Assembly: GCF_022440805.1 (NCBI RefSeq)
Contig: NZ_JAKNTK010000001.1
Coordinates: 3,988,344 to 4,020,343, forward strand
DNA length: 32,000 nt
Direction: 5' to 3'
Origin: Holdemania massiliensis
GTDB taxonomy: Bacteria > Bacillota_I > Bacilli_A > Erysipelotrichales > Erysipelotrichaceae
The notes beneath the pieces are model-generated. The model was not told the origin of the DNA and did no database searches. It saw nothing but the letters and a program-made list of their open reading frames with translations. Positions 15,645 to 25,028 of this stretch are shown piece after piece (position 1 is the stretch's first letter; every line of letters starts with the position of its first letter). Both the position numbers and the translations under genes were made by a program.

Positions 15645-16397
15645 TTAATAGTAAATGGATAACGGCCGGCCCTCGACCTGTTGAATTTCAAAATCAACGC
15701 CGTAGATTTCTGATAAATTTTCCTTGGTGATTACTTCCTGCACCGTTCCGAAGTGGGCTACCCTGCCCTCGACAAACGCGCAGATATAATCCGAGTAAAA
15801 CGCGGCGTAATTGATCTCATGCAGGACGAGGATTACCGTTTTCCCCAATTCATCGCACAGCCGCCGGACAATTTTCATCATCTTGGTCGCATGGTAGATG
15901 TCAAGGTTGTTGGTGGGCTCATCCAACAAGATATAATCGGTATCCTGAGCGATCACCATCGCGATCATCGCCCGCTGCCGCTGCCCGCCGGACAATTCAT
16001 CGATAAACTGATCGGCAATCGCATCCAGCTCCATATAAGCCAGCGCTTGGTCAACTTTTTCCTGATCTTCCGGCTGCAGCCGGCCCTGACAGTACGGAAA
16101 CCGGCCGAAGCTGACCAGCTCCCGGACCGTCAGTTTCATTTGGATATTGTTGGACTGGGTGAGGATCGCCAGCCGCTTCGATAATTCACGGCTGTTCCAT
16201 TTCGCCAGATCCTGACCTTCAAAGTGAATCAGACCGGCATCTTTGGCGACCAGTCTTGAAATCATACCCATGACGGTCGATTTTCCTGCCCCGTTAGGAC
16301 CGATTAATGACAATACCTGACCCTGCGGAATCTCAAAGCTCACCTCATCAACAACTCGTTTTTTGCCATATTGTTTTGTCAGATGCTGAATTACCAT
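15645..16397 (-). CDS. Iron-siderophore ABC transporter ATP-binding protein
   Basis: Walker A GPNGAGKST, signature LSGGQRQR, Walker B ILLDEP, H-loop LHE. 250 aa. Confidence 0.9.
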   Translation of the reverse strand: MVIQHLTKQYGKKRVVDEVSFEIPQGQVLSLIGPNGAGKSTVMGMISRLVAKDAGLIHFEGQDLAKWNSRELSKRLAILTQSNNIQMKLTVRELVSFGRFPYCQGRLQPEDQEKVDQALAYMELDAIADQFIDELSGGQRQRAMIAMVIAQDTDYILLDEPTNNLDIYHATKMMKIVRRLCDELGKTVILVLHEINYAAFYSDYICAFVEGRVAHFGTVQEVITKENLSEIYGVDFEIQQVEGRPLSIYY

Positions 16398-17359
16398 ACC
16401 TGCTGCCTCCCTTTGCCTAATAACAGAACCAAAAAATAGAAACCGCCGCCAATCGTAATCAATACGCTGATCGGTATGCTGTAAGCAAACAGGTGTTCCA
16501 CGGCCAGCTGACCGCCGACCAGGACGATCATGCCCAGCAGCGCCGAACCGAAAATCAGCCAGCTGTGGCGGTAGGTCTGAAACAGCTGCCGCGACAGATT
16601 GGCGATGATCAGTCCCAGAAATGAAATTGGCCCGACCAATGCCGTCGCAATTGCGATCAGAATCGTCACGCCCAAAAGCAGCCGGCGGTTGGTTTTGTCC
16701 ACGTCAACGCCCAGATTGACTGCCTGATTTTTTCCCAGCGCCAGCACATCGAGCAGCTTCAGTTCCCGCCGCAAAACGACAAGGACGCCTGTGATCAGCA
16801 CTGTGGAAATCAAAAGCAGGCTGGAATTAACGTTGGAAAAGCTGGCGACTAATGAGCCTAACAAAGCGTCGTATTCATTGGGATCCATGATCCGGGTCAG
16901 CGTTGTCTGCATGCTGGAGAAAAAGGTCGACATGACCGTGCCTGCCAGCAGCACATATAAAATCTGATGCTTCATTTTCTTAAACAATGTCCCATAGATC
17001 AAAATCGCCGCGCCGCTCATGATGACCAGATCGACGACAAACGACAGCTGCGGATGCCGGGCGATCAGACTGCCGGAACCGAGAAAGAACACCACCGCTG
17101 TGTGAATCAGCGCATACAGAGAATTCATGCCCAACAGGCAGGGCGTGACGATCTTGTTCTGAATCAAAGTCTGAAAGACAATCGAAGCGCCGCCGATGCA
17201 GAAGGCAGTCACAAGCATCACCAGCAGTTTCGGCACGCGCAGCTCCATCGCATAGGCAGCATATTTCGGATTGACGTTGATCGTCAGATAGCCGATCACC
17301 GCCAGCACAGCCAGGCCGATTAAAATCAGAGCTTTGATCTGTAAACTGCGCTGTTTCAT
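16391..17359 (-). CDS. Iron-siderophore ABC transporter permease (FecCD family)
   Basis: 322 aa and polytopic. Overlaps its neighbours by 7 and 4 nt. Confidence 0.85.
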   Translation of the reverse strand: MKQRSLQIKALILIGLAVLAVIGYLTINVNPKYAAYAMELRVPKLLVMLVTAFCIGGASIVFQTLIQNKIVTPCLLGMNSLYALIHTAVVFFLGSGSLIARHPQLSFVVDLVIMSGAAILIYGTLFKKMKHQILYVLLAGTVMSTFFSSMQTTLTRIMDPNEYDALLGSLVASFSNVNSSLLLISTVLITGVLVVLRRELKLLDVLALGKNQAVNLGVDVDKTNRRLLLGVTILIAIATALVGPISFLGLIIANLSRQLFQTYRHSWLIFGSALLGMIVLVGGQLAVEHLFAYSIPISVLITIGGGFYFLVLLLGKGRQQVW

Positions 17360-18360
17360 CCCTTGCAGCCTCCTTCCGCTTTTTTGATGAATCGACCCTT
17401 GCCGTTAAGCCGCATCCATAACAGGACAAGAAAGATCAGACTGCCCAGAACGCCCACAATCAGCTCAATCGGCAGTTCATACGGAGCTATCACAACCCGG
17501 CCGATCATGTCAGAAATCAGGACGAACAGCGCGCCGAACAGTGCTGTATCCGTCAGCGTCCCGCGCAGTTTATCGCCCTTAAACATCGTGACCAGATTGG
17601 GAACGATCAAACCGATGTAGGAAATACTGCCGGCGACAACGACGACACTGGCGGTGATCATGGCCGCGATCGTCAGTCCCAGAAACAAAACAGCATTGTA
17701 AGAAACGCCGAGATTTTTTGAAAAGTCCTTGCCCATGCCTACGATATTGAAATGATTGGCAAAGATAAAAGCGGCAGCGATCAGCGGCACCACCAGCATG
17801 ACCAGTTCATAGCGGCCTTTCATCACCAGTGAAAAATGGCCGACCAGCCACGAGGACAGCGCCTGCGTCATTTCATATTTATAGGCCAGATAATTCGTAA
17901 TGCCGCCGATCACATTGCCGAACATGATCCCGACAAGCGGTACCATCACGACGTCCCTAAATTGAATCCGCTGAATCAGCGCCACGAAGATCCACGTTCC
18001 GGCGATCGCCGCCGTGAAGGCAAAGCCGGCGCGTACCCATAGGGTTGATCCCGGCATAAACAACAGCGCCAACAGAATTCCCAGCTGGGCCGAGGAAATT
18101 GTCGCGCCGGTCGTCGGGGATACAAACTTGTTCATGCACAGCTGCTGCATGATCAAACCGGCAACGCTCATGCCCATGCCCGTACAAAGAATCGCCAACA
18201 GCCGCGGCAGGCGCGAAATCATCAGAATTTCAAACGCTTCCCAATTCCCGCTGAATATGTCCATCACGCTGAAATCCACAACGCCGATAAATAAGGAAGC
18301 GGCTGCGCATACCATCAGCAGCGCCGTTAAGATCAGCGTACTTTTAACTCGCAGAAGCAT
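17356..18360 (-). CDS. Iron-siderophore ABC transporter permease (FecCD family)
   Basis: 334 aa and polytopic. First gene of the operon. AAAGGAGAA RBS. Confidence 0.85.
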   Translation of the reverse strand: MLLRVKSTLILTALLMVCAAASLFIGVVDFSVMDIFSGNWEAFEILMISRLPRLLAILCTGMGMSVAGLIMQQLCMNKFVSPTTGATISSAQLGILLALLFMPGSTLWVRAGFAFTAAIAGTWIFVALIQRIQFRDVVMVPLVGIMFGNVIGGITNYLAYKYEMTQALSSWLVGHFSLVMKGRYELVMLVVPLIAAAFIFANHFNIVGMGKDFSKNLGVSYNAVLFLGLTIAAMITASVVVVAGSISYIGLIVPNLVTMFKGDKLRGTLTDTALFGALFVLISDMIGRVVIAPYELPIELIVGVLGSLIFLVLLWMRLNGKGRFIKKAEGGCKG

Positions 18361-18380
18361 AGCATTCTCCTTTCCTGAAT

Positions 18381-18406
18381 ATTTGTTAGTTTAAACTAAC
18401 TTAAGC
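18381..18406. promoter_or_regulatory. Operator copy A: ATTTGTTAGT-ttaaa-CTAAC-TTAAGC (core palindrome GTTAGTTTAAACTAAC, 18385-18400)
   Basis: Perfect 16-bp palindrome, 25 nt upstream of the permease start codon. Repeated 68 bp away (copy B). Confidence 0.5.
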
Positions 18407-18448
18407 GTGAAAATAAAAGAGTCGATGGCCCTTCGATTCTATCTTTCC

Positions 18449-18475
18449 ATTTGTTAGTCGCATCTAACCTTAAGC
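18449..18475. promoter_or_regulatory. Operator copy B: ATTTGTTAGT-cgcat-CTAAC-cTTAAGC (GTTAG-N6-CTAAC, 18453-18468)
   Basis: Shares ATTTGTTAGT, CTAAC and TTAAGC blocks with copy A, with the same 6-nt half-site spacing. Confidence 0.5.
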
Positions 18476-18615
18476 TTGTTCAGTCTACCATGTTCCAGCC
18501 AAAAACGCAAGCTTCCCTTTTCTCCTTTCGTATGGCAGTTTTTGCAAATCTTGAAAACTGATCTTTCAGAAGAGCACCGAAACTTCGTCTTCGCCTGAAT
18601 GAAAAACCGCCCATT

Positions 18616-18644
18616 TTGCCTGAAACGAAGAACTATGATACACT
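18616..18644 (+). promoter_or_regulatory. Candidate promoter TTGCCT-17-TACACT (TG-extended) for the RR-HK-SBP-reductase operon
   Basis: -35 at 18616-18621 and -10 at 18639-18644, preceded by TGa. It would leave a very short leader, so the real start codon may be ATG 18672. Confidence 0.35.
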
Positions 18645-18659
18645 GGAAAGACAGAGGAA

Positions 18660-20174
18660 ATGAGGGGCGTTATGACACAGACTGAATCTTCTTTATGCCG
18701 TGTTTTTCTGGTTGACGATGATCTTCTTGTACTGGATGATCTGCGGGATCTGATCGATTGGGAAGCAGAGGGCTTCATTCTGACAGGCACGGCGGGCAAT
18801 GGGGAACAGGCACTGGAACGGCTGGCTCAGACACCCGCAGATCTGGTGCTGGTGGATATTGAAATGCCGCGGTTAAACGGGCTGGCTTTCATCCGGCAGC
18901 TGCGGCAACAGGATCCGCAAATCCAAACGCTACTTCTGACAGCGTTTTCCCGTTTTGATTACGCCCGCGAAGCTGTGTCACTGGGTGTGTATAATTATAT
19001 CCTCAAACACGAACTGACCGCAGAAGGACTGCTCGAAAATCTGCGCGGCATGCGGGAGCAATGGGAACGCCAGAGAACTTCCCGTTATCTTGATGAACAG
19101 GCGCGGTTTCGACAGCTGCTTTTTACCGGAGATCACATTGACTTTTCCGACGTTGGATTCAGCAGCCCACATTCTGGAATCGGTTTGGTTTGTCTGCGGC
19201 GTCTGCCTTCGCTCCATGAATTGATCTCTTTCAAAGCAACAGAAGAGACCGACCACCTTTTTGCGCAGCTTCAGCAAGCCCTGCAGCCCTTGCGCAAAAC
19301 CGCTGTTTTTCTTGTTTTTCTCCAATCCGTCAATGAATGCTGGATCGCTGTGGAAGCCGATCCTCAGCTTGCCAGTGTTCCGTATGAATTTTGTACTGCG
19401 CTGCGAAAGAGCTTGGAAAACATTCTGGCTCCGATGGGGCTGTTGGTCAGTCCGGTTGCGCAGGATCTGTCTGAACTGCGCCGATTGTATCATGAGATGA
19501 ATGAGCGCCAGAATCAGTTGTTTTATTTTCCTAAACAGCGCATCACCCTGCTTCATGAATGTCCGGATGCCATGCCGTATGAGGCTTCGGATTGGGAAAT
19601 TCAATTAGCTCAGATCGATACTCAGGCTAGCCTGTGCCAAACGTCAACGGCGTTTTTAAACGCTCTCGATCAGGCTCGGCCGGCTTTGCCGCAGATTCTT
19701 CTGGCCGTGAAGCTCCTGCTTCAAAAGCTTCAGAAGCGAACAAGGATCAGTGAATTGTCTGAGGATTTTTCAGCATGGAAAACAATCTGTACCTATCCGG
19801 CTTTATGCGACTTTGTCCGCCGTTGGCTGCCGCTTCAGCCCCAGCCGCAGACCAGCCGCAAAACCGACTTTATGATCCGCTACCTGCAGGATCACTGTGC
19901 CGATGAAAACGTTCTTGACGATCTTTCGCAGACCCTGCAGATGAATCGCGAGTATTTAAGCAAACTGTTAAAGAAGGAAACCGGCATGACCTTGGCGCAG
20001 ATGTTGTTGGATCTGCGGCTGCAGAAAGCAATGCGGCTCTTGAAACAAAAGGATCTCAAGATTTATGAGGCAGCCCGGCAATGCGGATTCCACTCCAGTC
20101 AATACTTTGCGATCGTATTTTATAAAAAATATCATGTTTATCCCAGCGATGTATTAAAGGAGCCGTATGTATGA
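18660..20174 (+). CDS. Response regulator with C-terminal AraC-type HTH (YesN-like)
   Basis: REC domain (VFLVDDD ... LVLVDIEMPRLNG ... LLLTAF). Long linker. C-terminal AraC HTH (ARQCGFHSSQYFAIVFYKKYHVYPSD). Confidence 0.9.
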   Translation: MRGVMTQTESSLCRVFLVDDDLLVLDDLRDLIDWEAEGFILTGTAGNGEQALERLAQTPADLVLVDIEMPRLNGLAFIRQLRQQDPQIQTLLLTAFSRFDYAREAVSLGVYNYILKHELTAEGLLENLRGMREQWERQRTSRYLDEQARFRQLLFTGDHIDFSDVGFSSPHSGIGLVCLRRLPSLHELISFKATEETDHLFAQLQQALQPLRKTAVFLVFLQSVNECWIAVEADPQLASVPYEFCTALRKSLENILAPMGLLVSPVAQDLSELRRLYHEMNERQNQLFYFPKQRITLLHECPDAMPYEASDWEIQLAQIDTQASLCQTSTAFLNALDQARPALPQILLAVKLLLQKLQKRTRISELSEDFSAWKTICTYPALCDFVRRWLPLQPQPQTSRKTDFMIRYLQDHCADENVLDDLSQTLQMNREYLSKLLKKETGMTLAQMLLDLRLQKAMRLLKQKDLKIYEAARQCGFHSSQYFAIVFYKKYHVYPSDVLKEPYV

Positions 20175-21940
20175 AGCGTAAAGACATCAAGACCTGGCTT
20201 GTATCGCTGCTTCCGCCCCGACTTTCGGTAAAGCTGGCCGCTGCGCTGGGGGCATTGGTTCTGGTGATGACCAGCGTCACCAGCTTTGTCACTTATCAAT
20301 ACTTCGCTCACATCCTGACCCAGGAAAATCTGAAAAAAGATGCGCAGGTGCTCCGCCAGAATGCCCAGCAGCTGGAAGGCTTTATCCGTGAACTGACAGT
20401 TCTTTCCCGCAGTCTGTTGGCCGATCCGCAGCTGCAGCAGTTCTGCCACACCGCGGATCCGGACTATTTCCAAAAGGAAGCGGCAGCGGATTTATTAACC
20501 CGGACGCTGTCGGTTCAGGATCTGATCCACAGCGCGCTGATTCACCACGAAGATCAGGTGCTCTGGAACCTGTATCCGCTTGATCATACCTTTGATCCGC
20601 TTGCCCAATCTCAGAAAACAAGACAGCTGACTGGATTTACCGAAGCCTTCCTGCTGAAATCCGGCGTGGAACAGCTGCGTCTGGCGGCTTATCACACGCC
20701 GATTGCCGATTTAGTTCATCCCCAGCAGAAAATCGGAGAGCTGTGGATTCTGCTTGATCTGCGGCAATTGGAAACGATGATTCAGGCATGGAATCTGCCT
20801 CAGCAGGAAATCACGCTGATGCAGAATCAGACGGTGCTGATCGCTTCCCCTTCTGGCCTGAATGAACAACAGCTGAACAAACTGGCCAACGATCAGCCCT
20901 TTCCCTCGCTCCAGTCGGTTCGCGGCGGATTTCTGCTGAGCAGTCCGGTGGCCGGTACGCCTTATACCTTATTCTCTTATCGATCCAAGGCCGCACTGCG
21001 CGGACAGGCGTCCTTTCTGATCGTGTTTTTCAGCTTGTTCTCGCTGCTCATCTTCCTTTTATTCGTGATGATTCTCTCCCGCATTGTCCGTCAGTTTACC
21101 GCACCGTTATCCACTTTGACGGCCGGCTTGAATCAATTTGCCGCCGGTGATCTGAACACCCAGATTACCCTGCACAGTCACGATGAGCTGGAAATGCTGG
21201 GCGATACTTTCAATTCGATGGTTGTCCGCATACATGAGCTTTTAGATCAGGCTGTTGAGGATGAAAAAATCCGCAGGAAGCTGAAATTTGATATGATGAT
21301 CTCCAAAATCCATCCGCATTTTATCTACAATACGTTAAACTCTGTCATCGTGATGGCTCGCCGAGCTGGGAATCAGGAGGTTGTCGATATGGTGCGTGCC
21401 TTAATTCTGATCCTTCAGGATGGCATGGCGGTGCATGAGGACCTGTTGATGGACACCATCGAACGGGAACGAGCGGTCATTGAGGCGTATGTCACCATCC
21501 AGAATTATCGCTACAAGCAGAAATTCAGCGTCGTTTACGACATCGACCCAGCGCTGAACGAGCTGCTAATCGCCAAAAACATTCTCCAGCCGTTAGTTGA
21601 AAATGCGATTTTCCACGGCATCATCCCCAAAGAGGGACCCGGACAGCTGACGCTATCCATTCAGCGCCAAAACGATCAGCTGCATGTCGAGGTTCGTGAT
21701 GACGGCGTGGGACTGAGCGCCGAACTGGCCAGCCGCATTGAACAAGGCTCCGCCGCCCTGAATGCTCATCGGGAAGCCGAGAAAAACAGTGTCCATGCGA
21801 TTGCGCTGGTCAATGTCTGCGAACGGCTGGAATTCCTTTACGGCGATCCTGTGACGCTGCACGTCGAAAGTGAGCTGGGGAAGGGTTCCGCATTCATCTT
21901 TGATCTGCCGATCATAGAGAAAGGAGGGCTCCCACAATGA
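20171..21940 (+). CDS. Sensor histidine kinase (YesM/LytS-type His_kinase + HATPase) with two TM helices, a roughly 250-aa extracytoplasmic sensor domain and HAMP
   Basis: HPHFIYNTLNSV phospho-His region. N-box QPLVENAIFHG. G-boxes DDGVG and GKGSAF. HAMP after TM2 (FLIVFFSLFSLLIFLLFVMIL). ATGA overlap with the RR gene. Confidence 0.9.
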   Translation: MKRKDIKTWLVSLLPPRLSVKLAAALGALVLVMTSVTSFVTYQYFAHILTQENLKKDAQVLRQNAQQLEGFIRELTVLSRSLLADPQLQQFCHTADPDYFQKEAAADLLTRTLSVQDLIHSALIHHEDQVLWNLYPLDHTFDPLAQSQKTRQLTGFTEAFLLKSGVEQLRLAAYHTPIADLVHPQQKIGELWILLDLRQLETMIQAWNLPQQEITLMQNQTVLIASPSGLNEQQLNKLANDQPFPSLQSVRGGFLLSSPVAGTPYTLFSYRSKAALRGQASFLIVFFSLFSLLIFLLFVMILSRIVRQFTAPLSTLTAGLNQFAAGDLNTQITLHSHDELEMLGDTFNSMVVRIHELLDQAVEDEKIRRKLKFDMMISKIHPHFIYNTLNSVIVMARRAGNQEVVDMVRALILILQDGMAVHEDLLMDTIERERAVIEAYVTIQNYRYKQKFSVVYDIDPALNELLIAKNILQPLVENAIFHGIIPKEGPGQLTLSIQRQNDQLHVEVRDDGVGLSAELASRIEQGSAALNAHREAEKNSVHAIALVNVCERLEFLYGDPVTLHVESELGKGSAFIFDLPIIEKGGLPQ

Positions 21941-23217
21941 AGGCCTATCGCATTGTTTTTCTTCTGCTGACCCTGACGCTGGCGCTTTTTCTCTATAGCG
22001 CTTTTTCCGCCCCACGTTTGACGCCGGAACCCTCGCAGAAAGAAGTGATTACAGTCTGGGGCTGGGATGATTTTCTGCCGGATGCGTTTGCGGAGTATCA
22101 GAAATCTCATCCCGATGTCGCGCTTAATTACACCGTCGTTGAAAAAAGTGAATATCTGCAGCGCTTTAAACTGGCGCTGGCACTCAATCAGCCCTTGCCG
22201 GACATCTGCATTCTCGAAAGTGAAACGCTCGACGGCATCAACGGAGCCGAGCTGTTTATCGATCTGGAAGCCTCTCCGTATTTCCTGCCGCGGCAGGAAG
22301 TTCTGGAATTTCGTCTGGCTCAGTTTGAAAATGAACTCGGTCATCTGTGGGCTGTGCCGGCTACCTTATCCGCCAGCGGCGTCGCTTATAACCGCACTGT
22401 GGCCCAGGCGTTTCTGGCAACCGAGGATCCAGTTCAGGTGGGAATTGTTTTCAGCAGCTGGGCCGATGTTATCAGCAAGGGCATGAAGTTCAAGGAACAA
22501 TTCCCAGATCGGGCCATGTTTGCCTCACTGGAAGATGCCGCCGTGATGTTGTTTGGACAATCACGCACGCCGTATATTCAAGACAACACGCTGCTTCAGC
22601 CCTACCGTTTCCTCAATGCCTTCCAGATTCTCGACGCCCTGCAGGAGGCTGGCCTGGTCTTCTCCCTGCAGCAGTATTCGCCGCAGTGGATGAACTCGCT
22701 GGAAACCGATCAGGTGTTTTTCTATCCGTGCTCACTCTGGCTGATGTCCATGGGTATTTTTCATACCGGACAAGCCTGGGGCTTTACCCGTGCGCCCAGC
22801 GGCAGCTTTGCCTGGGGCGGTACCGTCTGGGCGATTCCCAAAACCAGCACCCATGCCGCGACAGCCTGGGAATTCATGCAGACAGTGCTGCTTTCGCCTT
22901 CCGGTGCGGCTTATGCCAAAAATCATGGCACCGGAACTTTGATCAGCTACAGTCCGGCTTACAATGAAGAGGGATATTCAGATCTGATCATGGAGGATTT
23001 CGGCGGTCAGAATATCGGCAAGATGTATTTGGATCAGATTTTCCCGGAAGTTCAGACCCGTCCGGCGGGAGAGAACGAAGCGCTGCTGAAAGAAGTTTAT
23101 CTGCAGACTGTCCGAGCGATGATCGGCATGCCGGAAATGAATGGCGAACAGGCTTATGCCCTATTCTTAGAGCGGCTGCATCAGCGGCTGCCGGATTTAC
23201 AGGAGGAACCCGCATGA
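21937..23217 (+). CDS. Extracellular solute-binding protein (family 1 sugar-type SBP), N-terminally anchored, with no cognate transporter genes
   Basis: 426 aa. Hydrophobic N-terminus without a lipobox Cys. ITVWGWDDF and WGGTVWAIPKTSTHAATAWEFMQ are typical family-1 SBP blocks. ATGA overlaps with the genes on both sides. Confidence 0.75.
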   Translation: MKAYRIVFLLLTLTLALFLYSAFSAPRLTPEPSQKEVITVWGWDDFLPDAFAEYQKSHPDVALNYTVVEKSEYLQRFKLALALNQPLPDICILESETLDGINGAELFIDLEASPYFLPRQEVLEFRLAQFENELGHLWAVPATLSASGVAYNRTVAQAFLATEDPVQVGIVFSSWADVISKGMKFKEQFPDRAMFASLEDAAVMLFGQSRTPYIQDNTLLQPYRFLNAFQILDALQEAGLVFSLQQYSPQWMNSLETDQVFFYPCSLWLMSMGIFHTGQAWGFTRAPSGSFAWGGTVWAIPKTSTHAATAWEFMQTVLLSPSGAAYAKNHGTGTLISYSPAYNEEGYSDLIMEDFGGQNIGKMYLDQIFPEVQTRPAGENEALLKEVYLQTVRAMIGMPEMNGEQAYALFLERLHQRLPDLQEEPA

Positions 23218-24947
23218 ACTTGAAGAAAATCATCCCCGCGCTCTGTCTGATTTTGTGCTGCGGCTGCGCGTCTTCCTCCACTCATTGTCAAATTGACGGT
23301 TATTTAGGCCCGATGGAAATTGAAGTGCTGAGTGAAGATCAGCGCATTACCGCGATTCAGGTACTGAGCCATGCGGATACGCCGGAAATCGCAGATCCCG
23401 CCCTGGCCGACTTCATCGCTCAGATTTTAGAAAATCAAACGCTGCAGATCGATGCGGTCAATGGAGCAACCCAGTCCTGTGAAGCACTGCGCAAAGGAAT
23501 TGAGCGCTTGTTGAAACGGCAGGGTTTTACCGAGGAACAACTCTATGCCGCGCGCCCCCAAACGCCGCCTGTCCAAGAGGAAGCCTCAGAAATCTATGAT
23601 GTGGTGGTCATCGGCGGAGGCGGAGCTGGCTTAGCCGCGGCCGTCAGCGCCGCACGCCAGGGGGCTTCCGTTGCGGTGCTGGAAAAAGCCGACAGTCTGG
23701 GCGGCAATACAATCCGGGCTACCGCCATGTATAACTGTGTGGATGATCAGCTCCAGCATCCTTTGCAGATCATGGACAGCGAACAGCTTTTCTTTGAAGA
23801 AACCTTCAACGGCGGTCATCAGAAAGCAAAACCGGAGCTGGTGCGGATCCTGACTTCCCAAGCCGATGAGGGTCTGGCGTTTTTGCAGGAGCTGGGGTTA
23901 GAAATCGACACGGTGATCGACAACTGTTTGGGCGGCGAGCATGCCCGCGGTCATTATTCCAAGGCTCATAACGGTACAGATTTCATTCAGGTTTTGAGCG
24001 ATGCCTGTGTTCGGGAACAGGTTGACTTTTATCTGAATACACGGGCGAAAGCGCTGATTCAGGAGGGTTCTGCCGTGATCGGAGTCCAGGCTGTCCAGCA
24101 ACGTCAGCCGATCCAGTTCCAAGCGCGGCAGGGTGTGATCTTAGCGACTGGCGGCTTCGGCTACAATGTGGAAATGCGGATGCAGTATGATCAGAGCCTA
24201 ACCGGGGATCTGCTTTGCAGCAATACGCCGGGAACAGTGGGCGATGGACTTATCATGGCGCACGCCATTGGGGCTTCACTGATCGACATGGAATATATAG
24301 AGCTTTATCCGATGGCGGATATTTACGACGGCGGACTGCACAACTCCATTCCCAATGCGATCAATCATGGGATTTTGGTCAACACCGAAGGCGATCGGTT
24401 TATCCGTGAGGATGCCGGCCGGGATGAACTGGCCCAGGCGATCCGGGCGCAGGATCACGGGTTTGTCTATTCCCTCGCCGACGATGATTTTTCCTCGCTG
24501 CAGGAAGACCGCGACTTCCTGGAGGGGCTAGTACTGATGGGACAAGTGGTCAAAGCCGATACGTTGGAAGACCTGGCTTATCAGCTGGAACTGGATTTCA
24601 AGGTTCTGGAAGCAGCGGTGAATGACTACAACCGCAGTGTTGAACAGCAGTACGATCCCCGCTTTCAGCGCAGAACGTTAATCAATAAAATTGATCACCC
24701 ACCATTTTACGCCACCGCCAAGACCGTCACTGTGCATCACACGCTGGGCGGTGTTGAAATCAATGAACAAGCCCAGGTTCTCGATCAAAAGAAACAGCTG
24801 ATTCCCCGGCTTTATGCGGCCGGCGAGGTGACCGGCGGGATTCACGGCGCCAATCGCCTGGGCGGCAACTCGTTTCCTGACTGTATCGTCTTCGGACGGA
24901 TTGCCGGAACGGAGGCTGCCGCTCAGCCGCCGCGGCCAATATCCTGA
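23214..24947 (+). CDS. Extracytoplasmic lipoprotein flavin reductase 2: N-terminal FMN_bind + FAD-dependent fumarate/urocanate-reductase-like domain
   Basis: Signal peptide with an atypical Cys-rich lipobox LILCCGC. FMN_bind domain with DAVNGATQS (23451-23477). YDVVVIGGGGAGLAAAVSAARQGASVAVLEK. HHTLGG and GANRLGGNS motifs. Confidence 0.85.
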   Translation: MNLKKIIPALCLILCCGCASSSTHCQIDGYLGPMEIEVLSEDQRITAIQVLSHADTPEIADPALADFIAQILENQTLQIDAVNGATQSCEALRKGIERLLKRQGFTEEQLYAARPQTPPVQEEASEIYDVVVIGGGGAGLAAAVSAARQGASVAVLEKADSLGGNTIRATAMYNCVDDQLQHPLQIMDSEQLFFEETFNGGHQKAKPELVRILTSQADEGLAFLQELGLEIDTVIDNCLGGEHARGHYSKAHNGTDFIQVLSDACVREQVDFYLNTRAKALIQEGSAVIGVQAVQQRQPIQFQARQGVILATGGFGYNVEMRMQYDQSLTGDLLCSNTPGTVGDGLIMAHAIGASLIDMEYIELYPMADIYDGGLHNSIPNAINHGILVNTEGDRFIREDAGRDELAQAIRAQDHGFVYSLADDDFSSLQEDRDFLEGLVLMGQVVKADTLEDLAYQLELDFKVLEAAVNDYNRSVEQQYDPRFQRRTLINKIDHPPFYATAKTVTVHHTLGGVEINEQAQVLDQKKQLIPRLYAAGEVTGGIHGANRLGGNSFPDCIVFGRIAGTEAAAQPPRPIS

Positions 24948-24974
24948 ACTTGAACAGAATGTCCGGTTTTTAAC

Positions 24975-25003
24975 TCGACCTCAACTTGTGATTTTTTTAT
25001 AAT
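24975..25003 (+). promoter_or_regulatory. Weak candidate internal promoter TCGACC-17-TATAAT ahead of reductase 3
   Basis: Perfect -10 at 24998-25003 but a poor -35. No terminator seen between reductases 2 and 3. Confidence 0.25.
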
Positions 25004-25028
25004 TTCCTTATTCAAGGAGGAAAGAGAA

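Noticed and set aside
18385-18468. Calling the GTTAG...CTAAC sites bona fide DtxR/IdeR iron boxes, or Fur boxes.
   Set aside because: Half-site spacing is 6 nt, not the 1 nt of the DtxR/IdeR consensus as I recall it. There is no GATAAT-type Fur repeat. They are reported only as an unassigned operator.
18978-19604. Long ORFs overlapping annotated genes on the opposite strand or in another frame. Examples: 208 aa at 18978-19604, 149 aa at 16980-17429, 168 aa at 21838-22344, 163 aa at 14000-14491, 143 aa at 15753-16184, and 699-989.
   Set aside because: Each lies wholly inside a gene with clear family motifs. Their products are R/L/F/H-rich low-complexity sequence, and they lack RBSs. They are shadow ORFs typical of regions of about 50% GC or higher.
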